Below are positions 43,231 to 53,023 of a stretch of 64,000 bases of DNA, in pieces; the first letter of the stretch is position 1, and every line of letters starts with the position of its first letter. Under the pieces are notes generated by a model, which saw only the letters and a program-made list of their open reading frames with translations, searched no databases and was not told the DNA's origin. Source of the DNA: a phage; the sequence record PV419677.1. One strand, written 5' to 3'. The translations under genes and the position numbers were made by a program.

Positions 43231-43266
43231 GGTCTAGAACCATTATACAGCCATAAAATTAAAGCA
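43231..43266 (-). promoter_or_regulatory. MotA-type middle promoter module with GGTTCTAGACC element, upstream of uvsY
   Basis: Minus strand: AATGCTTTA (box at 43266-43260, overlapping gp25 stop), 12 nt, TATAAT (43247-43242), GGTTCTAGACC (43241-43231). Confidence 0.55.
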
Positions 43267-43656
43267 TTAACCGTTTTGACTTAGCTGAATCCTGATTTGT
43301 TCGAGGGTGTCAGGGTCATCAACAATGCTGAACTGAACCGTTACGATAATGGAGTTATCATCATACATAGGGACAACTGCAACCTGTAGATTGCTTATTC
43401 TTGGTTCGAAGTTCCGCACCGCGGAGACGATGTTGCGTTTAATGGTATCTGTAATTAACGGTGTGATATTCTCAAAAAGCTGATTACTTATATCACATCC
43501 AAATTCAGGCATAAAAGGCCGTGACCCTTTTCTTGTGGTGATTATTCCCAGAAGACTGTTCTTAACAGACCTTGCACCAGTTACTTTAGCAACGTCTTTA
43601 TCCCAACTTGTAGATAAGTCGGGAGATACATCGCTATACATTTTGTTTATATTCAT
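43267..43656 (-). CDS. 25: gp25 baseplate wedge protein
   Basis: 129 aa; LLGIITTRKGSRPFMPEFGCD...FSIVDDPD matches recalled T4 gp25. Confidence 0.9.
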   Translation of the reverse strand: MNINKMYSDVSPDLSTSWDKDVAKVTGARSVKNSLLGIITTRKGSRPFMPEFGCDISNQLFENITPLITDTIKRNIVSAVRNFEPRISNLQVAVVPMYDDNSIIVTVQFSIVDDPDTLEQIRIQLSQNG

Positions 43657-44313
43657 TTACATAAACTTAAAGAATTCTTTAAGCCCCTTAATTACATGGA
43701 CAGAATGCGCTCCGCACTCACAAGAGATAGGAATAGCCATTTGGACCTGTGGCTTGAGAAGTTCTTCGGTTAGTGCATTTATATCATCGAGGGTAATTGC
43801 GTTGTATAGGTCCTCGATTTCGGCTTCATTTAAGTCATCAACAACGATGCGCTCGCCACCTTCCGTGATAATATATTCGATACAACAAGCAATCATTTTA
43901 CCTTTATCGCCGTCTTCAAACAACCCAGGATAACGGAATTTAATTTTAAATGCCCCGAAATCACGAATAACTTCAGACTCATCCACGATGCTTGCACGAC
44001 TTATAGTCACAGGAATATCTTGTTCCTTTCCGCATTCGCATACCCATGTATGCTCGACGTTAACAGCTCCGAGACTATTTGCCCAGAGATTAATAAGAAG
44101 CAGCTCGGCTTCCTGTTTGTTTAACCCTTTAGCATCAGTGCATTTATTAAGCAGTTCAATTATTGCAGGTTCCATACGCTTTTCTAATTTTGCCTGAAGC
44201 AAATCTTTGTATTCGCGCAATGTAAAAGCCCTACAATTTATAGTTTTATTTTTAATTTGGACAATAAATTCATAAGTCATAATTTGCTCCTTTACTGTAT
44301 TTATAAATATCAA
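43657..44313 (-). CDS. 26: gp26 baseplate hub protein
   Basis: 218 aa (T4 208), synteny. Confidence 0.8.
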   Translation of the reverse strand: MIFINTVKEQIMTYEFIVQIKNKTINCRAFTLREYKDLLQAKLEKRMEPAIIELLNKCTDAKGLNKQEAELLLINLWANSLGAVNVEHTWVCECGKEQDIPVTISRASIVDESEVIRDFGAFKIKFRYPGLFEDGDKGKMIACCIEYIITEGGERIVVDDLNEAEIEDLYNAITLDDINALTEELLKPQVQMAIPISCECGAHSVHVIKGLKEFFKFM

Positions 44314-44333
44314 TAAAGATAAAAGGGGATTCT

Positions 44334-45086
44334 ATGGCCAATATCGTAAGATGTGAAATGCCAGACGGAGTTCATCGTTTCAAACCGTTTACAGTCGCTG
44401 ATTACCGTGATTTACTGCTTGTGCGAAACGACATGAACAACAAACCCGTCGAAGAACAAAAACAATTATTAGACGAACTGTTGGAAGATTATTTTGGAGA
44501 GTATCCGAAAGCATGGAGACCATACATATTCTTGAAGGTATTCACTTCCTCTATCGGTAAGACAAAAGTCCCGGTAGCGTTCGAATGTCAAAAATGTAAA
44601 AAGACAAAGCAGACTTTGTTTAATATGAGCCAAGGTCCATTGACAAATCCAACAATGGAAACCGCGGGGATAAAAATACAATTTAAGTTCCCTGAAGTAG
44701 AATATAAAGATAAGTCGGAGCTTGTTCTAAACACCATCCAGACTGTCGAAGACTCAGAACAAAAATACAATTGGGAAGACCTTCCTGAAGAAACGAAGAT
44801 GCAGGTTATTGATGCAATTGATATAGAGAGTCTCGAAGAGCTCCTTAAGAAAATGCATTCAGTTTATATTCCATTTACATATGGTTGCTGCGAAAAACAC
44901 AAAACCGAATATACAGACTTGATTGATGTCTTTAAGCTTATCCTTAACCCGGATGAAGTCTTTGTATTTTATCAAATTAACCACTTACTGGTAAAGAATC
45001 AATATACACTGGATAGCATCATGCACATGATTCCTATCGAACGAGGTATTGCTTTATCGTTAGTTGAGAAGGACTTGAAGAAATGA
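44334..45086 (+). CDS. 51: gp51 baseplate hub assembly catalyst
   Basis: 250 aa (T4 249), synteny. Confidence 0.85.
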   Translation: MANIVRCEMPDGVHRFKPFTVADYRDLLLVRNDMNNKPVEEQKQLLDELLEDYFGEYPKAWRPYIFLKVFTSSIGKTKVPVAFECQKCKKTKQTLFNMSQGPLTNPTMETAGIKIQFKFPEVEYKDKSELVLNTIQTVEDSEQKYNWEDLPEETKMQVIDAIDIESLEELLKKMHSVYIPFTYGCCEKHKTEYTDLIDVFKLILNPDEVFVFYQINHLLVKNQYTLDSIMHMIPIERGIALSLVEKDLKK

Positions 45087-46252
45087 CAGCTAAATCTATG
45101 CAGCGTGAAGGTTTTCCTAATATCAGTATACGCCTTTACGAAGATTATGATGCCTGGCTCGAACACCGTTTTGTAGAACTGGCTGCGACATTTACAACCA
45201 TGACCATGCGTGATTCCCTTTACGGAAGAAACGAAGGTCTGTTGCAATTCTACGACACAAAGAACTTACATACAAAAATGAACGGTGAACAAATTATACA
45301 AGTCTCCGTTAAGAATGCCAACTCAGACCGAACCCAATCCAGAATATATGGAAGCAAACACTTTGCAGTTTCTGTGGATTCAAAAGGCGATAATATAATT
45401 ACAATTCAGCTGGCTCCGATTCATGAAATCGAAGACCTGAAATTTAGTCGTATGTTTTACCCGAGTGTACAAGAAACATTAGTCGAAATGACCGGGGTAA
45501 TTTATCAGGATAGACCGTTGCTTTCTCCACCAATAAACGGCATAAACGTTTATGCTCCTAACGTTCCATGGTGTGATTCGATGAACCGATATATGGAATT
45601 CATAAGGGAAGTTGGTCTGGCAGTAGAAACTGATAAATTTGTTTTTGTATGGGAAGATATTGATGGAATAAGTATCCAGGATTATGAATGGTTAACATCA
45701 CAAGAGCCAATTAATTTCGTGGTGGGTGAACCTCGATTGGTCGGCCAGTTTGTACAAAACCTCGAGACTCCATTGGCCTTCGATTTTGAATGGTTAACAA
45801 AGGCGAACCAACACACAAGAAAACCATACGAAAACGCAACCGTGTATGCACATTCATTCCTTGACAAGAACGCAACCAGAATAACTTTTGGGGAAGGACA
45901 AAACAGCATTCTGGTATCTCGTTCAGGCGGCTATTCGGATTATACATACCGAAACGGTTTCGAAGAAGCGCAACGATTAATAACCATGTCTCAATATGAT
46001 GGTTACGCGCATTGCAAAACATACGGGAACTTTGAATTAACCCCGGGTGATAAGATAAATTTCTATGACCCGAAGAACCAATTCAAATATGATTTTTACG
46101 TAGACGAAGTTATTCATGAAGTGAGTAACAATACATCAATTACAAACCTCTATATGTTTACCAATGGTAAGCCTATTGAAGTTGAAGAGCCACCAAAGGT
46201 TAAAAATGAACTTAAAACTGATTCTGCCGACGAAGAAAATACAGCTGGGTGA
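45083..46252 (+). CDS. 27: gp27 baseplate hub protein
   Basis: 389 aa (T4 391), synteny. Confidence 0.9.
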   Translation: MTAKSMQREGFPNISIRLYEDYDAWLEHRFVELAATFTTMTMRDSLYGRNEGLLQFYDTKNLHTKMNGEQIIQVSVKNANSDRTQSRIYGSKHFAVSVDSKGDNIITIQLAPIHEIEDLKFSRMFYPSVQETLVEMTGVIYQDRPLLSPPINGINVYAPNVPWCDSMNRYMEFIREVGLAVETDKFVFVWEDIDGISIQDYEWLTSQEPINFVVGEPRLVGQFVQNLETPLAFDFEWLTKANQHTRKPYENATVYAHSFLDKNATRITFGEGQNSILVSRSGGYSDYTYRNGFEEAQRLITMSQYDGYAHCKTYGNFELTPGDKINFYDPKNQFKYDFYVDEVIHEVSNNTSITNLYMFTNGKPIEVEEPPKVKNELKTDSADEENTAG

Positions 46253-46724
46253 TAAAGAGATTCACATTCCTAAGCTGGGTCTTAAACATCACAATCTGAT
46301 TAAAAACGAACCTAACCCATACGCTGCATTAAGAAAGATTATGCAATCGATATTCCCTAATCTTACAGCAGCTGAATCCGACTTTGTATCTTTACATCTT
46401 CTGGAATTTAATGGTAAGCTAAAAGACAAACGTGAGATTGATGGGTTTACATATAAGCTGGATGATGTTTATATCTGTCAGCGCCTTGAATTCTCTTATC
46501 AAGGAAAAACATTTAAATTCCGCTCTAATAAACCGTATGAAGAATTCGGACCAGTTGACAATCTTCTGGAGACTCTTTATCTCGGGGAAGACGTTCCAGA
46601 CTTTCTGGATATGCCTGCTTTTGTTGCTAAGTGGGCAGACGATATCACAAGCACATTAGCAATCCCGGGACCGAATGGTCCTGTTAAGGGGTTACTGAAA
46701 ATAATGGAACTCCTAAATGAATAA
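46164..46724 (+). CDS. 28: gp28 baseplate hub distal protein
   Basis: 186 aa from track start; alternative ATG 46206 gives 172 aa (T4 177). Confidence 0.75.
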   Translation: MVSLLKLKSHQRLKMNLKLILPTKKIQLGDKEIHIPKLGLKHHNLIKNEPNPYAALRKIMQSIFPNLTAAESDFVSLHLLEFNGKLKDKREIDGFTYKLDDVYICQRLEFSYQGKTFKFRSNKPYEEFGPVDNLLETLYLGEDVPDFLDMPAFVAKWADDITSTLAIPGPNGPVKGLLKIMELLNE

Positions 46725-48462
46725 GAACTCCGAACAAACGAGCTTCAGACGCAGTGGACCGAATAAAAAGCTTATTGAAGAATTAGCACCACAAAGGAGG
46801 GCGGAAGCCCTCTCTGCCGAACAGAATGACGAACTATCGAATCTGAATACAACTCTTACAAATACACAAGCTGCAACCGAACTTGTGTCGGAAGCTATTG
46901 AGGATAAGGGTAATCAGATTATCGAGAATATCCAAACCAATAATGGAGTCCTCCAGGATATCAGTGCTGGGGTCGAACTGACGGCCGAAGCCACCGAGAA
47001 GACTCAACAAGGGATTAAAAACCTCACGGATATTCTCTCGGATAAACTCGACAAACTCAGCGCAATGATAAGTGGTAAACTAGGCGTCACGTCTCCTGTG
47101 GCTGGTTCTGAAAGCCTTAAACCCGTAGAGGATGCACTACCAGAGCCTGAAGAGAATAAGCCCACAGCGAGCGTTCCAGAGCTCATACCACCTGAAGAAC
47201 AAAAGCCAGACGCAGACTTCATTCCGGAACCAGAACAACCAAAAAACGATGCAGAAGGCAAAGAGACTAATACCTGGTCACTTGGCGATAAGCTTGACAC
47301 CCTTTCGAAGATAACCGAAAAAGGATTTAAGGCATCGATTTCTGTTGCTGACCGAATCTCCGGGATGTTGTTCAAATACACAATTACGGCCGCTGCTGAA
47401 GCAGCCAAGCTTATTGGTGGATTATTGCTGTTGGTATTTGGTATCGATGCGATACGAGTTTATTTTCAATATTTCATGAAACAATTCGAAAAAGGATGGG
47501 CCGAATTTAATGACAAGTTCAAAGAATGGGGACCGTTACTCGAAGGACTAATGACTTGGGCTAAGAATGCTGAAGCGATGTTTAGTGAAAGGAACTGGTT
47601 GGGATTAGCTGAAGCTATTATCCGTGGGATGGTTAACTTAACGAAGAACATGGCTCAACTTCTTATGCTTGGGATTTCGAAACTGATTTCAGCTATCTTA
47701 AGCAAAATCCCTGGGATGGGCGATTTAGCGGATAATGTGGAAGCCTCGGCTTTGATGTCTTATCAGCAAAATACAGGGGCAACTCTGGATGATGAAGACC
47801 AAACCAAGATAGCAAAATATCATGACAAACGTTCGGCTGAAGCAATGAAAGCTGCAGAGAAGATGAATAAGAAGTATAAGGATAAGCCTGAACTAATTAA
47901 TCAAGCCGAAAAATATGGTAACCTTACCAAGGAACAAGCTGACCAACTTCGCGCGGGTGGTATTGACACAAGCTTCAGAGACCTTCCAGAAGAAGAACGT
48001 CTGGACTATTTCAAGAAGCGTGACAAAGCACAGGCTGATATTATTCGTTTGACCCAAACTGCTGACAACCTAATGAAGCCAGATGCGACCGATAAAAAGA
48101 ATGCGCTGGAAATGAGAGCTAACATTGAAAAACAATTAGCTGACCCTGCTATGGCGAAAGGTGGAGCTCCGAAAGACTTGAATATGCGTGCTCTCCTGGA
48201 AAAACTTGATAAGTCTCTTGAGAAGTTCAAAGATGAACCGAAGGTTAAACCGCCAGACATTAAGACTTCTCCGGATGCGCAACAAGCCGCGAAGGTTGAT
48301 GAAGGCATGAAGGCCAAAGAAAATAAATACAAGGATGTACCAGCTCAGGCCCAAATTAACACGGTCAATAATATTCAGAAGACTTCCAGGACGCACTACA
48401 ATATGCCTCCCCAAAGTTCAACCCCTGCCCCTGGCATGAGACAGGCTACGAGAATTAACTAA
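46717..48462 (+). CDS. 29: gp29 tail tube length tape-measure / hub protein
   Basis: 581 aa (T4 590), synteny. Confidence 0.85.
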   Translation: MNKNSEQTSFRRSGPNKKLIEELAPQRRAEALSAEQNDELSNLNTTLTNTQAATELVSEAIEDKGNQIIENIQTNNGVLQDISAGVELTAEATEKTQQGIKNLTDILSDKLDKLSAMISGKLGVTSPVAGSESLKPVEDALPEPEENKPTASVPELIPPEEQKPDADFIPEPEQPKNDAEGKETNTWSLGDKLDTLSKITEKGFKASISVADRISGMLFKYTITAAAEAAKLIGGLLLLVFGIDAIRVYFQYFMKQFEKGWAEFNDKFKEWGPLLEGLMTWAKNAEAMFSERNWLGLAEAIIRGMVNLTKNMAQLLMLGISKLISAILSKIPGMGDLADNVEASALMSYQQNTGATLDDEDQTKIAKYHDKRSAEAMKAAEKMNKKYKDKPELINQAEKYGNLTKEQADQLRAGGIDTSFRDLPEEERLDYFKKRDKAQADIIRLTQTADNLMKPDATDKKNALEMRANIEKQLADPAMAKGGAPKDLNMRALLEKLDKSLEKFKDEPKVKPPDIKTSPDAQQAAKVDEGMKAKENKYKDVPAQAQINTVNNIQKTSRTHYNMPPQSSTPAPGMRQATRIN

Positions 48463-48470
48463 GGAATAAC

Positions 48471-49565
48471 ATGAAAGTAAAAGAACTCGATATTGATATT
48501 GCGGGTTTGTTTAACGGAGGTTCTAAGACCTCCGCGGGGCAGTCAAAAGCTGCCCCGACTCAAGCTACTATTGTGGCGCAATATCCAGCAGAACGAGCTT
48601 CCGGTAATGATTCTTCAGATGATATGCGAGTTAATGACCTTTATAAAAATGGTCTGTTATTCACGGCATACAATTTCAGTTCAAGAACATCTCCGGAATT
48701 ACGCTCAGACAGGTCAAGCCAATTGACTTCATTAAAGAAAGTTTCAAATGGTGCTTCATTTAACCCGGTTAAAAGTTTAACATCTTTTGCTAAATCGAAA
48801 TTAACCGGGGCTGGCTCAACAGGTAAAAGTTTTGATTCAAATGCTGTTGCAAATATCCTGTTGCCTCGTTCGAAGTCTGATGTAGAATCCGTGTCGCATC
48901 GATTCAATGATGTTGGTGAATCTCTTATTACGAAAGGGGGTGGCTCAGCCACTGGTATTCTTAGTAACATTGCATCGACTGCAGTTTTCGGCGCACTCGA
49001 ATCAGTTACAAACGGTGTAATGGCCGACCACGGTGAACAGATTTACACAACCGCACGAAGCATGTATGCTGGTCCGGATAACAGGACAAAAGTTTATACC
49101 TGGGAGATGACTCCACGTTCGGCCCAGGACTTAATCCAGATAGTGAAGATATACGAGATTTTTAACTATTACTCCTATGGGGAAACCGGTAAAAGTTCGT
49201 TTGCTTCCGAGCTGAAAGAAAAAATCGATACATGGTATAAATCCACCTTCAAAAAGGAAGCAATCGATAACTTTGACGGCAAGTTGCTCGGTGAAGAGAT
49301 AACAAGCTTCCTAACGAACGTTCTGGTGGTCTCTAACCCTACTATCTGGTATATCCGCAACTTCGGTGATACAAGCTCGTACGATGGTCGTGGGGAGCTA
49401 TTTGGGCCATGTCAGATTCAGAGCATAAGATTTGATAAATCTCCGGATGGTCATTTCGGCGGATTAGCTATTGCTCCTAACCTGCCATCGACTTTTGTAC
49501 TTGAAATCACTTTCCGTGAAATCATTACGCTTAACCGTGGCTCGTTATATGCGGAGGGTTTCTAA
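48471..49565 (+). CDS. 48: gp48 baseplate tail tube cap
   Basis: 364 aa equals T4 gp48. Confidence 0.85.
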   Translation: MKVKELDIDIAGLFNGGSKTSAGQSKAAPTQATIVAQYPAERASGNDSSDDMRVNDLYKNGLLFTAYNFSSRTSPELRSDRSSQLTSLKKVSNGASFNPVKSLTSFAKSKLTGAGSTGKSFDSNAVANILLPRSKSDVESVSHRFNDVGESLITKGGGSATGILSNIASTAVFGALESVTNGVMADHGEQIYTTARSMYAGPDNRTKVYTWEMTPRSAQDLIQIVKIYEIFNYYSYGETGKSSFASELKEKIDTWYKSTFKKEAIDNFDGKLLGEEITSFLTNVLVVSNPTIWYIRNFGDTSSYDGRGELFGPCQIQSIRFDKSPDGHFGGLAIAPNLPSTFVLEITFREIITLNRGSLYAEGF

Positions 49566-50524
49566 TGTTTACTTTACAAGAATTCCAAACGCAGGCGATT
49601 AATATCGACTTACAAAGGAATAACCTTTTTAGTGTGGTCTTCGCGACCACACCTTCCTCCAAATCTCAGAATCTTCTGGACCAGTTTGGTGGCGCATTAT
49701 TCAGCAACCTTCCTGTTAACTCAGATTGGTTTGGTTTAACGCAAGGCGACTTAACTCAAGGGATAACAACTCTTGTTACTGCTGGGACACAAAAGCTTAT
49801 TCGCAAATCAGGGATAAGCAAATATCTTATCGGGGCAATGAGTAACCGTGTTGTGCAATCATTATTGGGGGAATTCGAGGTTGGTACTTACCTGCTTGAT
49901 TTCTTTAATATGGCCTATCCAACGGCTGGTCTATTGGTCCACTCTGTTAAGCTTCCGGATAACACGTTGAACTACGAAATGGACCTCAACCATAACGCAC
50001 CAAATATCAAGATAACAGGAAGAGAATATTCTCCATTGGTATTGAGCTTTAGAATGGATTCAGAGGCAGGGAACTACAGAGCATTTAACGATTGGGTTAA
50101 CTCTGTGCAAGACCCAGTTACCCAGCTAAGGGCCTTGCCTGAAGACGTTGAAGCTGATATTCAGGTTAACCTTCACTCACGTAATGGATTGCCACATACG
50201 GTTGTTATGCTAACCGGTTGTGTTCCTGTAAGTGTATCAGCGCCTGAATTGAGTTATGAAGGGGATAATCAGATAGCTACATTTGATGTTACTTTTGCTT
50301 ATCGCGTTATGTCAACTGGCGCGGTGGGAAGAGCTGCTGCATTGGAATGGTTAGAAGATAAGGTTATTAAGGGTGTATCTGGTATTAGTTCAGATAACAA
50401 CTTGAACGCAGAAGTTGCCAAATTGAGTCGCTTGTCTGGTGCTCAATCTGGATTAACAAGTCTGTACAATACGTTCACTGGTTCTGGGAGAACAATCTCC
50501 GGTGGAAGTCAACGTATATTATAA
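49565..50524 (+). CDS. 54: gp54 baseplate tail tube initiator
   Basis: 319 aa (T4 320). Confidence 0.85.
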   Translation: MFTLQEFQTQAINIDLQRNNLFSVVFATTPSSKSQNLLDQFGGALFSNLPVNSDWFGLTQGDLTQGITTLVTAGTQKLIRKSGISKYLIGAMSNRVVQSLLGEFEVGTYLLDFFNMAYPTAGLLVHSVKLPDNTLNYEMDLNHNAPNIKITGREYSPLVLSFRMDSEAGNYRAFNDWVNSVQDPVTQLRALPEDVEADIQVNLHSRNGLPHTVVMLTGCVPVSVSAPELSYEGDNQIATFDVTFAYRVMSTGAVGRAAALEWLEDKVIKGVSGISSDNNLNAEVAKLSRLSGAQSGLTSLYNTFTGSGRTISGGSQRIL

Positions 50525-50530
50525 AAAGAA

Positions 50531-50553
50531 AGGGACCCGAAGGTCCCTTTTTA
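50531..50553. terminator. bidirectional hairpin terminator
   Basis: AGGGACC-CGAA-GGTCCCT plus T-run. Confidence 0.55.
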
Positions 50554-50841
50554 TTTGCGGAATGAAATGAAACCTGCTGCAGTCATTACAGCTTCTTTCT
50601 TAGCAAAGACTGTAATTGCAATTGGTGCTTCAGATTCAAGTTGTCCAGTTACTACACCATTAAAAATATTTTCTGTTTGTTCAGAATTTACAAAGTTTTC
50701 AACAGGGCGAAGGTCAAACTTCTTATCTTCACCAAATACACGGCGCAATTCATTACCCACCGCGCTGTCAAACTCTTCTGAAGCCGGGATAACATTCTCA
50801 ACTACCAGTTCCTGACCGTTAAAGCGAAAAGATGATTTCAT
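50551..50841 (-). CDS. hypothetical early protein downstream of alt (alt.-x position)
   Basis: About 96 aa from ATG 50841 (SD GAGGA); early promoter and shared leader upstream. Confidence 0.5.
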   Translation of the reverse strand: MKSSFRFNGQELVVENVIPASEEFDSAVGNELRRVFGEDKKFDLRPVENFVNSEQTENIFNGVVTGQLESEAPIAITVFAKKEAVMTAAGFISFRK

Positions 50842-50872
50842 TTTGTTTTCCTCATGTGTAATTGATATGAAC

Positions 50873-50902
50873 ATTGTATCGCACTTCCTTGTGCTTGTAA
50901 AC
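50873..50902 (-). promoter_or_regulatory. sigma70-type early promoter (GTTTAC, 18 nt, TACAAT)
   Basis: -35 at 50902-50897 (abuts alt stop), -10 at 50878-50873; leader and RBS 18-mer shared with the cd.3 promoter at 61354-61371. Confidence 0.5.
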
Positions 50903-50904
50903 CC

Positions 50905-52965
50905 CTATGAAAGGAATTTAGGAGGAATAGCTTCCAAATTAATACAACTAGCAAGAATACCAAGCCCTTGATTGACTTTCTTCGTTACCCCAGAGGATGC
51001 AAACGATGCAAAGTCAACAGATTCTACTGGCTCTTCTGTTTCCTCGCCCTGATAAACGACAAGCTCACCAGTTTCCATCAACACATCACCATCATAGATA
51101 ACTGCATTTTCATCCAGTTGGTCCGTAGTCTGGATATCAGCTTCCAACATTTTGACGTTCGCGTTTCCTTGATACGAAGCATCAGTAATTTTGGTAATCT
51201 TAACTACAGTCCCACGAGGAAGAATAACTTCCTGCTCGGATGGGTTGCCTGACAATTCCCCAGGAACAATTACGTTAATTAAGTCCGCCCCAGAAATTTT
51301 CCAACCAACATGCATCATTACGTGGTCGCGGCGTGCTTCCGGCATATCTGGTAAAACAATTTCGTCATCAGCCTGGAAAGATGTCCCATCACGATAGTCC
51401 TGATGAACTGCAGCCATAGCAACGTTCGCCACCCAGCCACCAAAGATAATCGGTTTAAACGACGTTGATACATAGTTCCTGAAATAAAATAATTTAGATT
51501 TCTTAATTTTATCAAATGTAGGAACGTTTAAATATTGACCACGCCAAAGAGTTGTATTAGGTGGCAACTTATGTCCAATTTCAAAGGCCGAATCCAATTC
51601 CTTAATTGTTTCGACAACTCTGTCTAGATTTAGGAATTCAGCTTCTTCTTCATAATATTTGCCCATCAAATAATTATTAATATCGGCATAGTTTGCTCCA
51701 CAATAATCTGCAATTGCTTCTCGCTGACCATAATGGAAACGGTTGTCAGTATACCCTGCTGTGAAATTAAGAGTATTTTCTGATGCTTCTTCAGCAAAGT
51801 CTTTAACTGCAACACGAATGGCGCTTGTGTATTCTTTTTCCCAGAGCGAGGCTGCATAAGTGGCTGCATCCACGTTAGGAGGAGCATCATTCATTTTTCT
51901 TTCGATAAATGCGGCTTTGCGAAGGTTAAGAATCTCTGCGCATGATTCGGCAAAAATCTGCATCTGCTTCATACTACCAACTGGAGCACGTTTAAGTTCG
52001 CGATGCATACGATTAAAAATTGGGTCAGAGTCTTCAACACGAATTTCTTCTTTCCAAACACCATTTGCTCGCATAGCCGTATCTGCTGCGCGCATACGAG
52101 CCATAGTATTCGTTTCGGAAGGTCGAACAAAAATTTCCAGTTCTTCATAATCATCGATAAGTTCTGCCGTAGCCGGGCGACTAAACTTAGCAGCTTCTGC
52201 ATCGATTTCGTCCCAACCTTCTGGCACGGAATCCATTGGGGCGTACTGGGCTTGTGCAATAGCTCGGCGACTGATTTTAGTTTTCTGGGCAACAGCAGCA
52301 TCGGTCTTTTTGTTTGCTGCGTCAATCAGAATCTCGGCTGCAATTTCTTGTTTGGATACTTGTGCACCATTATCTTTATTGGTGAATACATCACCAACTT
52401 TAGTTTCGACTTTTTTATATTTCTCAGGGACTGGTGGCATACCATCAACCGAAAGTAGGTCAACACCCCTTTTGTACATAATTACATAAGCGTTCTTTTT
52501 ACCAAGGCCAGAAGCATTCGGAAGAACATGATAACGTCCGCTGGTTTTCATTTGAATCAGTCGATTCATAATACGAATAATAGCTTGGTCTTGTCCTTTC
52601 ATCTTTTTGGATGGGAAACGGAACAAGACTACATCAGGTTTGCCTAGTTTAATGCTTTCCCAGACTGTAGTAAAAATCAAGTTAATTGCATCAAGAGGTT
52701 TTTCACCTAAACCACCCTTCAGAGGAACAGCATGACCGTGTGAAGTTCCGGATAACAGGAATACCTCGGCAATTGCATCGCCGCGTTTATATTGTTTAAC
52801 TGTTTCTTTGCCCGTGAATTGCATCAAACGAGCCATAAGAGAATTGGTCCCAGGAACACCGAATTGCCAAACCTGTGGGACCTTGTATTTTGGATTCATA
52901 TTAATGACAGGATAACCGAAGGCTTCGATATATTTGTCAAAGAGTTCATTTAATTGTTCAGACAT
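50905..52965 (-). CDS. alt: Alt ADP-ribosyltransferase (virion-packaged)
   Basis: 686 aa (T4 682), position between 54 and 30; late promoter immediately upstream. Confidence 0.85.
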   Translation of the reverse strand: MSEQLNELFDKYIEAFGYPVINMNPKYKVPQVWQFGVPGTNSLMARLMQFTGKETVKQYKRGDAIAEVFLLSGTSHGHAVPLKGGLGEKPLDAINLIFTTVWESIKLGKPDVVLFRFPSKKMKGQDQAIIRIMNRLIQMKTSGRYHVLPNASGLGKKNAYVIMYKRGVDLLSVDGMPPVPEKYKKVETKVGDVFTNKDNGAQVSKQEIAAEILIDAANKKTDAAVAQKTKISRRAIAQAQYAPMDSVPEGWDEIDAEAAKFSRPATAELIDDYEELEIFVRPSETNTMARMRAADTAMRANGVWKEEIRVEDSDPIFNRMHRELKRAPVGSMKQMQIFAESCAEILNLRKAAFIERKMNDAPPNVDAATYAASLWEKEYTSAIRVAVKDFAEEASENTLNFTAGYTDNRFHYGQREAIADYCGANYADINNYLMGKYYEEEAEFLNLDRVVETIKELDSAFEIGHKLPPNTTLWRGQYLNVPTFDKIKKSKLFYFRNYVSTSFKPIIFGGWVANVAMAAVHQDYRDGTSFQADDEIVLPDMPEARRDHVMMHVGWKISGADLINVIVPGELSGNPSEQEVILPRGTVVKITKITDASYQGNANVKMLEADIQTTDQLDENAVIYDGDVLMETGELVVYQGEETEEPVESVDFASFASSGVTKKVNQGLGILASCINLEAIPPKFLS

Positions 52966-52990
52966 AATAGGTTCCTTATAAAATATGATG

Positions 52991-52998
52991 TATTTATA
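52991..52998 (-). promoter_or_regulatory. late promoter TATAAATA for alt
   Basis: Exact TATAAATA on minus strand 26 nt upstream of alt ATG. Confidence 0.55.
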
Positions 52999-53000
52999 CT

Positions 53001-53020
53001 AAAAAAGGGCCGAAGCCCTT
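53001..53020 (-). terminator. rho-independent terminator after gene 30
   Basis: Minus strand GGGC-TTCG-GCCC followed by T6. Confidence 0.55.
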
Positions 53021-53023
53021 TTG

